From Malacoraja senta (lineage: Eukaryota): DNA of 64,000 bases. Shown here piece after piece: positions 53,825 to 64,000 of the stretch. The position numbers and the translations under genes are program-made. The stretch covers positions 436,001-500,000 of the forward strand of contig CM075996.1 of NCBI GenBank assembly GCA_038087875.1. Direction: 5' to 3'. The notes below the pieces were generated by a model, which ran no database searches, was not told the DNA's origin, and saw only the letters and a program-made list of their open reading frames with translations. Within the stretch, counting starts at the first letter, position 1. Each line of letters begins with the position of its first letter.

Positions 53825-54190
53825 TAACTCCAGCATTTTGTTTCCATCTTCAGTGTAAACCAGCATCTACAGTCCCTTCTAACACACCACTTGTGCCATT
53901 CTGTTTCTCTTGGTCTCCACTCCATCATCGACACCCCCCTCACCCTCTCCAACCCACACCCCACCCTAACAACCTTCTCCGCAACTTGCAAACTGTTTGC
54001 TATTTAACTCTCCTCAGTTTGGATGAAGGCGTATTGACCTAAGTTTTGACCTCTCTGTGCTTTCTCTCTCCACAGACGCTGCCTGTCCTGCCGAGCGCTT
54101 GCAGCATTTTCATGTTGGTTCACGTTCCCTGCCACTCACTCGCTCACACGGGAAAAGCTCACTTACTTCTCTCTGTTTCTCCTTCAACAG

Positions 54191-54272
54191 GTAATTTTAA
54201 AGGCATGTGTAACAGATTGACCACTCCCGGAAGATGCGGATTATGAGGCCGATGCAGCCGAATACTTCTTAC
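54191..54272 (+). CDS. CACNG2: Exon 2 of stargazin/TARP gamma-2, frameshifted as assembled (two 1-bp deletions)
   Basis: Strong acceptor cttctctctgtttctccttcaacag and donor gtaagt at 54273. Reads GT AAT TTT AAA GGC ATG TGT AA- CAG ATT GAC CAC T-C CCG GAA GAT GCG GAT TAT GAG GCC GAT GCA GCC GAA TAC TTC TTA C = (G)NFKGMC[K]QIDH[F][15 protein letters not shown](R). Mammalian CACNG2 reads [29 protein letters not shown]. Confidence 0.9.
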
Positions 54273-54534
54273 GTAAGTTTACCTCCTTATCACCTCTCTG
54301 GTTTAATTCAGGGATGTCCTGCCTGCGAGCTAATCCGAGGTTGCCGCTTACTAGGACAAATAATAGAGCTAAAACTTGTTGCAGAATATCCCTTCCTTAA
54401 AGCAGTCATCTCTCAGCTGTGGTGCAGTAATGTATAAAAGGTGGCAGCGCTGCTGCCTTACAGCGCCAGAGAGCCAGGCTCAATCCTGACTACGGGTGCT
54501 GTCACCATCTACGTTCCCCAGACCTGCTGAGTTA

Positions 54535-54730
54535 AGGGCCTGTCCCACTTGGCCGTCATTTGCGCGTCGTTTATGCGACATCATTTACCCGTCACGACGC
54601 GCACGCGATGCGCGCATTACGCGCGTGTGGCGTGTATTACGCGGGCGTGGTGCGTGGTGACGTAGGCAGTCGCGCGCGCCGCCCCAGGATTTTGGGATTC
54701 ACGAAATGACACCCAAGTGGGACAGGCCTT
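54535..54730. mobile_element. PIF/Harbinger-like MITE, family D
   Basis: AGGGCCTGTCCCACTTGGCCGTCATTT...AAATGACACCCAAGTGGGACAGGCCTT; flanks TTA/TCA; CpG-rich ACGCGC repeats. Confidence 0.8.
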
Positions 54731-55178
54731 TCACTCCAGCATTTCGTGTCCTTTTTGTGTCTTTCCATTGTAAACCAGTGAGAGGCCTGGGTAGAGTGGA
54801 TGTGAAGAGGGTGTTTCCACGAGTGGGAGAGTCCAGGACCAGAGGGCCACAGCCTCCAAATAAAAGCATGTACCTTTACACAGGAGACTGAGGAGGAATT
54901 TCTTTAGTCAAGGATGGCGAATCAGTGGAATTCACTGCCGCAGTCAGATGTGGAGGCCAAGTCATGGGGTATCAGGGGTTTTGGGGAGAAGGCAGGAGAA
55001 TGGGGTGAGAGGGAAAGATGGATCAGCCATCATTGAATGCCACCATAGATTCGATGGGCCGAATGGCCTTATTCTGCTCCTATGACATGAACATGAACCA
55101 GCATCTGCAGTGTATTTGTTTATGGTCTGAAGGTGTTCATTGGCAAGTTATAAAGCAAAGGTGTGTAAAGAGAACTTC

Positions 55179-55220
55179 AATGAGTCTGAAGAAGGGTCCC
55201 GACCCGAAACGTCACCTATT
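55179..55220 (+). ncRNA. Candidate minimal type I hammerhead ribozyme in a Penelope-derived unit
   Basis: AAUGAGU-CUGAAGA-A-GGGUC(CC)GACCC-GAAAC-GUC-ACCUAUU. Intact core, stem II, palindromic ACGU helix III, GUC triplet at 55211-55213. Helix I pairs 6/7 including one GU. Confidence 0.55.
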
Positions 55221-55625
55221 CCTTCTCTCCAGAGATGCTGCCTGACCCGCCGAGCTACTCCAACATTTTGCGTCTATCGTAGGTAAACAGAGCTTAGCTG
55301 TAGATCACTTGTGACCCAACATAACAGTATAGCAGGCTAAATGTGTAGGTAGGAACTGCAGGTGCTGGTTTACACCGAAGATAGACACAAAATACTGGAG
55401 TAACTCAGCGGGACAGGCAGCATCTCTGGAGAGAAGGAATGGGTGTCATTTGGGGTCGAGACCCTTCTTCAGTCCGAAGAAGGGTCTCGACCCGAATCGT
55501 CATCCATTATGTGTAGGAAGGAACTGCAGATGCTGGTTTAAAGCGAAGGAAGACACAAAATGCTGGAGGAACTCAGCGGGACAGGCAGCATCTCTGGAGA
55601 GAAGGAATGGGCGACGTTTTGGGTC

Positions 55626-55663
55626 GAGGTCTGAAGAAGGGTCCCAACCCGAAACGTCACCCA
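55626..55663 (+). ncRNA. Candidate minimal hammerhead ribozyme at a fold-back centre
   Basis: GGU-CUGAAGA-A-GGGU(CCCA)ACCC-GAAAC-GUC-ACC; 3-bp helix I. Confidence 0.5.
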
Positions 55664-57545
55664 TTCCTTCTTTCCAGAGATGCTGCCTGTCCCGCTGGGT
55701 TACTCCAGCATTTTGAGTCTCTCTTCGTCGTCCAGTATAGCAGGCTTGCGGGCTGAGTGGTCTCCCCCTGGTCCGTTAGCACACAAGCTGGTGCCAGCGC
55801 AGGCTGGGAACGCATGGTCGCTTTGATGTGTCGCCGCTGTGGCGATCCAGCGGAGGTTGTCCCACTGTCGAGAGGAGGCGTGAAGATGCGGCGCGGGTCC
55901 TGCCAGCCAACAACACTCGATTGATTAATAAATGTCCGCGATCGAGTTGCAAGACGGGTCACACAATCGAGGAGGTTTGGTTACCTCGCATACCACAAGG
56001 AATCGGCTCACCCGACTGCTGCTAATGAGAGTGCTTGTCTCGAGGCCAGCCAGTGCTGTTTGTTCTGGACTATCTTACAACAAAAGACTCATTGTGTCCC
56101 AAACACTTGGCACGCGGCCCCTGCCCACATGGCATCAAGCTGCAATGTTACAACCAAAGCAGAACTGAGTTGGCTTTCCAGCCCAGCCAAACTTAATGCC
56201 CAAGCTGTCGTCTGAATGCGGAGCTGCTTAAACAGGCAGCTCGGATGGAGGCCGTTCGGCCCACTGTGGTGGTCATGATAACTTACAATAGACAATAGGT
56301 GCAGGAGTAGGCCATTCGGCCCTTCGAGCCAGCACCGCCATTCAATGTGATCATGGCTGATCATCCCCAATCAGTACCCCGTTCCTGCCTTCTCCCCATA
56401 TCCCCTGACTCCGCTATCTTTAACTTGAATAATTAGTGCCCCCCCCCCCCCCCCCCCCTTCCTCCTCTCCACACTCCTGCCTGTCTTTTCACACTGTGCT
56501 GCAAAGGGCGTCTTCTCATAAGGTCATAAGGAATAGCATAAGGAATGGCGGAGTACACTTGATGGCCGAATGGCCTAATTCCTCACGAATTAAGCCATTC
56601 GGCCCATCAAGACTACTCCGCCATTCAATCACGGGTGATCTATCTCTCCCTCCTAACCCCATTCTCCTGCCTTCTCCCCATAACCTCTGGTCACCTGTAC
56701 TATCATTCTGTAATCAAGAATCTATCTATCTCTGCCTAAAAATACCCACCGACGGCCTCCACAGCCTTCTGTGGCAAAGAATTCCACAGATTCACCACTT
56801 CTGACTGAAGACATTTCTCCTCATCTCCTTCCTAAAAGAACGTCCTTTAATTCTGAGTTCTCGAAACGACTGAATAATCAAAGGTCGAGATACAGTGGAT
56901 GTGGAGAGGACATCCCCGCTAGTGGGAGAGCCGATGGCCAGAGGGCACAGCTTTACAATAAATGAGCATACCTTTAGGAAGGAGGAATTTCTTTAGCCAG
57001 AGAGTGTTGAATCTGTGGAATTCTTTGCCACAGACGGCTGTGGAGGCCAAGTCATTGGGTATTTTTAAAGTGGAGGTTGACGGTTTCGTGATTAGTACGG
57101 AGGTCGAAGGTTATGGGAGAAGGCAGGAGAATGGGGTTGAGAGGGAAAGATAGATCAGCCATGATAAGCTCATGTCAAAGGAGCAGAATTAGGCCATTTG
57201 GCCCATCGAATCCACTCCGCCATTCAATCATGGCTGTTTTGTATCATGGTGAGGACTACGAGGTCAGTGGGTTTAAAGAATCACTTTGTAAGAGCGAGTT
57301 TACTTAAGTAAGTAAGTAAGTAAGTAATTTTTATTTATATAACACTTTAAAATCAAATCACGTTGAGGCCAAAGTGCTTTACAGAAAAGAAATTAAGAAA
57401 TTAAGAAATTAAGTCGCCTATTACTTAAGACGGGTATATGTTTCTTTCTGCTATTTTCCATATCGTCATCCCTTTCCCATTGTTCTAACCGTGTATTGCG
57501 TCCTTCCTGATCTTCTGCCCAGACCTCACTCCCGGCCTGAAGCCG

Positions 57546-57745
57546 NNNNNNNNNNNNNNNNNNNNNNNNNNNNNNNNNNNNNNNNNNNNNNNNNNNNNNN
57601 NNNNNNNNNNNNNNNNNNNNNNNNNNNNNNNNNNNNNNNNNNNNNNNNNNNNNNNNNNNNNNNNNNNNNNNNNNNNNNNNNNNNNNNNNNNNNNNNNNNN
57701 NNNNNNNNNNNNNNNNNNNNNNNNNNNNNNNNNNNNNNNNNNNNN
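57546..57745. other. Assembly gap (200 N)
   Basis: Run of exactly 200 N; the left flank is an L2-tailed element and the right flank is the end of a MITE. Confidence 1.
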
Positions 57746-57854
57746 AACAACGCCGCACGGCCCCGGAATTGTGCGTTCTCACGAGTGCGCGGTCTATGGC
57801 GGCAGATTCTTCCCGTTTCGCCGCCAATGACCGCTGACTCGTGAGACAGGCCTT
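57746..57854. mobile_element. Right end of a further Harbinger-like MITE, truncated by the gap
   Basis: Ends GTGAGACAGGCCTT followed by TTA; CpG-rich interior unlike families A-E. Confidence 0.55.
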
Positions 57855-58049
57855 TTAATATCACGCTGTATCTCTAAAGCGATCAGTGTTTGCAAACGTT
57901 TCCTTAGTGTCCAGTTATCTGGAGTGCAGGGAGTTTTGCATGGAATATGTCAAAATTAACATGGGCAATGCCAAGTGACTGCGTTTAATACATAAAGTGT
58001 GTCTAGTTATAGGGAATGTATCGGTGGTTATGGGGGATAGATATTAAAA

Positions 58050-58440
58050 GCTGGTGAGAGATAGGTGATGTTTCGGGTTGAGACCTTTCTCCAGACTGAG
58101 AGTGAGGGGAGAGGAAAATGAGAAGTATGAAAATGTACATAGAAGAAATGAATGAATGAAAAGAAATGCGATAGGAGAAATCGAAGCCAGCAACGGAGCT
58201 CAAGGAATGGTGGAGCCCACAATGCTCCATTGTTGGCTGTGGGGAAGGTGCTAACGCGTAAAACTCAGCAGGAGGACAGTGGAACTCGTACGACGACTAG
58301 GGTGGGGGGAGGGATGGAGAGAGAGGGGGGGGGGGGTGTGCAAGGGTTACTTGAAGTTAGAGAAGTCAATCTTCACACCGCTGGGCTGTAAGCTGCCCAG
58401 GGAAAATATGAGGTGCTGTTCCTCCAATTGGCGTTTGGTC
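58050..58440 (-). mobile_element. Penelope-like element 3' end
   Basis: KRQLEEQHLIFSLGSLQPSGVKIDFSNFK plus a degenerate tail. Confidence 0.75.
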
Positions 58441-58799
58441 TCATTCTGTGGAGTCTGTTGGGGGAGTCCAGAACCAGGGGCCACACAGTTTAAGAATAAG
58501 GAGTAAGCCATTTCGAACGGAGACGAGGAAACACTTTTTCTCACAGAGAGTGGTGAGTCTGTGGAATTCTCTGCCTCAGAGGGTGGTGGAGGCAGGTTCT
58601 CTGGATGCTTTCAAGAGAGAGCTGGATAGGGCTCTTAAAGATAGTGGAGTCAGGGGATATGGGGGAGAAGGCAGGAACGGGGCACTGATTGGGGATGATC
58701 AGCCATGATCACATTGAATGGCTCCAAGGGCCGAATGGCCTACTCCTGCACCTATTGTCTAGCGTCTTGTGGGAGCTCTTGAGGAAGGTTTATTTACTT

Positions 58800-61700
58800 G
58801 CAGCATGTCTTTGGAGGATTGTGTCACCATTCTCACTGGGTCTCGGTCAGAATGTAATGAGCGTTCCCCGCGGGGAAGGTGCCTGTATTTAAAGATGTTC
58901 CTCATCACAGTGTCTCGGCATTTCAATGCTCAGCAAGGTGTGTGTGTGTTTAAAGAGTCCCCCGGAGGTGTTATGCTCTGTACCGGGGGGATGCAAGAGA
59001 GCGTGTCAGCATTTGTAGTATCCGCTGCGAGTGTGTCACTGCTTACAGGGGTCCCTGAGGTGACTCATTCAGACGTTTGACAATATATTCCGGGTGCCTA
59101 CTAAATATTTACAGGGGTGGCGGGGAGCGTGTGTCAGTGTTTTCACAGGGGTCCCTGAGGGGAGTGTGTCAGTGTGTCAATGTTCATTAGAGGATAACTT
59201 TGAGCGTGCAGGGGCCACTGGGAAGGTGTTAGTGTTGACGTGAGTCAGTCTTCCCAAGATTTCTGTCACAGTGTGGCAGAGTTTGCAGGTGACCCAGGAG
59301 AGTTTCCAGGGGAGCTTTTACAAGAGTCTATTACAAGAGTCTCAGAGTGTGTCAGTATTCGCGGGATGTCTCGGGGAATATGTTGCCCTTTGCAGTCGAT
59401 CTTTAGGACTGTATTTACAGCCTGGGAGCGTGTCAGTACTACAGGGTATGTCTGGTATGTATCAGAAGGTCATAAGGGATAGGAGTCGAAATTGGCCATT
59501 CGGCCCATCTATTCTGCCATTCAATTATGGCTGATCTAACTCTTCCTCCTAAACCCATTCTCCTGCCTTCTCCCCATAACCCCTGACACCTGCACTAATC
59601 AAAAATCTATCTCTGTCTTAAAAATAACCACTGATGACCTCTACAGCCTTCTGTGGCAAAGAATTCCACAGATTCACCACCCTCCGACTAAAGAAATTCC
59701 TCCTCATCTCCTTCCTAAAAGAACGTCCTTTAAGTTTGAGGCTGTGACCTCTAGTCTTAGACTCTCCACCAGTGGAAACATCCTCTCCACATCCACTCTA
59801 TCCAAGCCTTTTACTATTCTGTATTGCAGGGGGATACCTGGGATGTCTCGGGCAGGGGGTATCTCTAGAGGTACAGCATGGAAACAGGCCCTTCAATCCA
59901 TTGAGTCCACGTCGACCAGCGATCACCCCGTACGCTCGCACTATCCTACACACTGGGGACTATTTTCCATTTTTACCAAAGCCAATTGACCTACAAACCT
60001 GCACGTCTTTGGAGTGTGGGAGAAAACCGGAGCACCTGGAGAAAACCCACACGGTCACGGGGAGAAGGTACAAGCTCCATAGTGCCCATAGTCAGGATCG
60101 AACCCGGGTCTCTGGCGCTGTGAGGCAGCAACTCTACCGCTGCACCACCGTGCCGCCCCATACTGCTCTGGGTGTGTCAGTATGACAGGGGGTATCTGGA
60201 AGTGGGTCAGTATGACAGGGGGGTATCGGCGAGTGTGTCAGTACCTATATGGGCATCTGGGCCTGTGTCAGTACTGCTGGGCTTTTCTCAGAATGGTCAG
60301 TATTACAGGGAGTTTGTGTTAGTATTCACAGGGGCCATCTTGGAGTGTGTGTCGATATTGACAGAGGATACTTGAGATTGTGTCTGTGCTTCGATGGAGT
60401 TTCTGAGAACGTGTCAGCCCTTACAAAGTGTGTCCGCATTTCCAGGGGATCTTGAAAGTGTCCGTGTTCACAGGGTGCCCTGGGACTGCATTAAGCGCCT
60501 GTCCCACTTTCCCGAGTTATTCACGAATTCTCCCGAGTTTTCCCCTTGACTCAATAGACAATAGACAATAGGTGCAGGCGTAGGTCATTTGGCCCTTCGA
60601 GCCAGCACCGCCATTCAATGTGATCATGGCTGATCATCCCCAATCAGTACCCCGTTCCTGCCTTCTCCCCATATCCCCTGACTCCGCTATTTTTAAGAGC
60701 CCTATCTAGCTCTCTCTTGAAAGCATCCAGAGAACCTGCCTCCACCGGCCTCTGAGGCAGAGAATTCCACAGACTCACAACTCTCTCTGTGAGAAAAAGT
60801 GTTTCCTCGTCTCCGTTCTAAATGGCTTACTCCTTATTCTTAAAATTCAAGCTCGCAGAATGTTCGTAACGAGTCCGTGGATATATCGTAGCGGCTCGTT
60901 ATGCCAGCCGTAGGTAATCAAGGGGAAAACTCGGGAGAATTCGTGAATAACTCGGGAAAATTTGTGAATAACTCGGGAAAGTGGGACAGGCCCTTTAGTA
61001 TTTACTGTGGATTGGGGGGCGGGGGGGGGGGTGTGTAGGTATTTGTCTGGGAGCTCCAGAGGTGTGCCAGTACTTACAGCAGCCAGTACTTACCAGTCCG
61101 TCAGTAATGACAAAGGTCCTTGGGAGACTGTCATTGTTTACAGAGGAATTTGGATATTGTCAGTTAGCACAAGGATCTACAGGTGTTTATCAGTGCTGGG
61201 TCTCCCCAGGAACATATTATCATCTACAGGGAGCCCCTGGAGTCATTGTTACAGAAAGATGCAGTCCAGGGTAGTGTGTCAATATCTACAAGGTTTCCCA
61301 AGAGTGTCACTGCTTTCATCGGGATGTGGGGTGTGTGGGTCAGAGATTAGTTCAGTTCAGTTCAGTTTGGAGATACAGCGCGGAAACAGGCCCTTCAGCC
61401 CACCGAGCCCGCTCTGACCAGCGATCCCCCACACACTAACACTACCCACACTGGGGACAATTTTACGATCATACCGAAGCCAATTAACCCACAAACCTGC
61501 ACGTCTTTTGAGTGTGGGAGGAAACCGGAGCGCCCGGAGGAAACCCACGCAGTCACAGGAAGAGCGTGTAAACTCCGTACAGACAGCACCTGTGGTCAGG
61601 ATCAAGCCCGGGTCTCTGGAGCTGTAAGGCAGCGACTCTACCGCTGCGCCACCGTTTAGTTTAGTTAACTTGAATTAAGTTTAGTTCCGTTTAATTTTGC

Positions 61701-62390
61701 TAAGTTTAGTTTAGTTCAGATACAAAATGCTGCAGTAACTCAGCGGGTCACACAGCATCTCTGGAGAAAAGGAATTGGTGACATTTCGGGTCGAAACCCT
61801 TTCTTCAGACTGAGGATTTAATTTAGTTTAATTTAAATTATTGTCACATGCATCAAGACACAGTGAAAAGCTTTTGCTGCATGCTATCCCGTCAGCAGAA
61901 AGACGATTACAATCGAATCATGCACAGTGTACAGATAGATAAATGATAAAGGGAATAACATTTAGTGCAAGATAAAGCCCAGTAAAATCCAATTAAAGAT
62001 AGTCCAAGGGTCTCCAATGAGAAGGTAGACGGTAGCTCAGGATTGCTATCAGTTGGTAATAGGATGGTTCAGTTGCCTGATAACAGCAGGGAAGAAACTG
62101 TCCCTGAATCTTGAGGTGTGCGATTTCACACTTCTGTACCTCTTGCCCGATGGGAGAGGGGAGAAGAGGGAGTGGCCGGGGTGCGACTGGTCCTTGATTA
62201 TGCTGCTGGCCTTGCCGAGGCAGCGTGAATTGTAGATCGATTCAATGGAAGGGAGGTTGGTTTGTGTGATGAAGTGTGCGTCAGTGTTTATTGGGGCCCG
62301 TTGGTACTGTACTGTGTTACCTGTTACAGTGGAAATACATGGGTCTCTGAAAGTGTCACTGTCTACAGAGAAGGGACTGCAGAGTGTGTT
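58800..62390 (+). repeat. Highly diverged ~30-bp minisatellite interrupted by younger transposons
   Basis: Recurrent GTGTGTCAGTAT(T)(T)ACAGGGGGT(C/A)(C/T)CTGG motif, clearest at 59030-59175, 60170-60310 and 61040-61210. Confidence 0.7.
60494..60994. mobile_element. PIF/Harbinger-like MITE, family E, with a nested CR1 3' fragment (~60553-60845)
   Basis: AGCGCCTGTCCCACTTTCCCGAGTTATTCAC...GTGAATAACTCGGGAAAGTGGGACAGGCCCT; TSD TTA/TTA. Confidence 0.85.
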
Positions 62391-62419
62391 TGTGTGTATG
62401 TGTGTGTGTGTGGGTGTGT

Positions 62420-62479
<60 letters not shown>

Positions 62480-62531
62480 ACGTGCGCGTGTGTGTGTGTG
62501 TGTACGCGTGTGCGTGTGTGTGCGCATGTGC

Positions 62532-62562
<31 letters not shown>

Positions 62563-62751
62563 TGTGCGCACATGTGTGTGTATGTGTGTGTGCACGTGTG
62601 GCCGTGTGTGGGCGTGTGTGTGTGTGCGTGTGTGTGGGCGTGTGTGTGTTTGCGTGTGTGTGTGTGTGCGTGCGTGCGTGCGTCCGTGCGTGCGTGAGTG
62701 CGTGCGTGTGTGTGTGTGTGTGTGTGTGCGTATGTGTGTGTGTGTGTGTGC

Positions 62752-62825
<74 letters not shown>

Positions 62826-62895
62826 ATGTGCGTGTTCATATGTGTCTATGTGTATGTCTGTGTGTGTATGTGTCTGGGTCTGTGTGTATGTGTGG
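62385..62895 (+). repeat. Compound (TG)n microsatellite
   Basis: Imperfect TG/CG dinucleotide array. Confidence 0.98.
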
Positions 62896-64000
62896 ACCGA
62901 AGGGGCTTTTCCCACACTGTCTCTCTCAACTAAACTAAGGGCAGTCCATAGTTAGTGCCGGTTAGTGTTGTTAGTGTTGTGTAATATTCAAGAGCCTGAT
63001 GGTTGTTTGGGAAGAAGCTATTGTTGAACATGGCAGTCACGGTTTTTAGACTCCTATACCTTCTTCCCGATGTTAGGCGTGAAATGAGTGTGGCCAGGGT
63101 GGTGATCTGTGATGATACTGGCTGCCTTTTTGAGACAGTGCTTCTGATAGATCCCCTTCGATGGAGGGGAGGTCAGTACCTGTGATAGACCAGGCAGTGG
63201 CCATCACTCTCTGGAATCTCTTGTGTAACCATCAGAGCGGGATAGGATTGGCTATGTGAGCAAAAAGGAGGCCATTCAGCCCATCTTGGGAAGAACTTTC
63301 CATCCGACTTGGGTTGGGCTGCATTTGGAGTATTGCATTCATTTCTGGTCACCCCATTACAGAAAGGATATGGAGGCTTTGGAGAGGATGTAGGGGAGGC
63401 TCACCAGAATGCTACCCAGATTAGAGGGTTTCACCTAACAGGTTAGATAATTTTGTCTGGAACATTGGAGGTTGAGGGAGGCTTGAGAGAAGTGTATAAA
63501 ATTATAAGCGACGTACTGTAGATAGGGTAGACAGTCAGAACCTTTCTCCCAAGGTGGAAACGTCCAACATTGAAGGGCAGAGCAACAGGGTGAGAGGGGG
63601 GAAGTTTAATAGAGGTGTGTGGAGCAGGTTTTTCTACACAGTGAGTGGTGGGGGCCTGGAAGGTATTGCCAGGGCTATTGGTGGTGGCAGATACGATAGT
63701 GGTGTTGAAGAGGCTTTTAGAGAGGCACATGGAAGTACAGGAAATAGAGAGACATGGATCATGTACAGGCAGCTGAGATCAGTTTATTAATCTATGTTTG
63801 GCACAAACATCGTAGACTGAGGGCTCACTCCAATGTTGTACCAATCTATATTCTACGATGGTCTGGCATCATGTCCAGCACAGACATTGTGGGCCGAAGG
63901 GCCTGTTCCTGCCATGTACTTTTTTTCACACAGAGAGTGGTGAATCTGTGGAACTCTCCGCCACAGGGGGTAGTTGAGGCCAGTTCATTGGCTAGATTTA

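Noticed and set aside
7080..54220. CACNA1I-CACNG2 chimeric splice
   Set aside because: Phase 0 joined to phase 1 is incompatible and reaches TGA after 9 codons.
1..64000. Autonomous transposase, full-length RT, or prokaryotic/viral systems
   Set aside because: All mobile-element ORFs are short truncated remnants; no operon-like or viral genes were seen.

Overview
Repeat-dense vertebrate genomic DNA. The repeat repertoire (HE1/V-SINE-like tRNA SINEs, HER1/CR1, Rex1, L2, Penelope, DeuSINE remnants) points to a cartilaginous fish, probably a skate or ray; this is an inference. There are two 200-N gaps (9790-9989, 57546-57745). I can support three host exons, all on the + strand. Two are intact exons of the T-type calcium channel CACNA1I/Cav3.3 (2613-2772, 6765-7080). 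The third, not recognisable from the ORF track, is exon 2 of CACNG2/stargazin (54191-54272), which has two 1-bp deletions relative to the conserved protein. I found no later CACNA1I exons and no CACNG2 exon 1 or 3, so the first gap probably hides or mis-joins much sequence. The most interesting non-genic signals are: (1) many Penelope-derived units, often arranged as fold-backs, carrying a minimal hammerhead-ribozyme core (CUGAAGA-A-stem II-GAAAC-GUH); (2) nine PIF/Harbinger-type MITEs from 5-6 families sharing a CCTGTCCCAC terminus, which re-use identical sites in other repeats and show target duplications mismatched only at the middle base in 4 of 8 complete copies; (3) a fossil ~30-bp minisatellite, a higher-order 23-bp VNTR, a G-quadruplex-prone tract and an orphan 140-bp palindrome. 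Repeat boundaries were read by eye and are approximate unless TSDs are quoted. Family names come from recalled similarity, not database searches.
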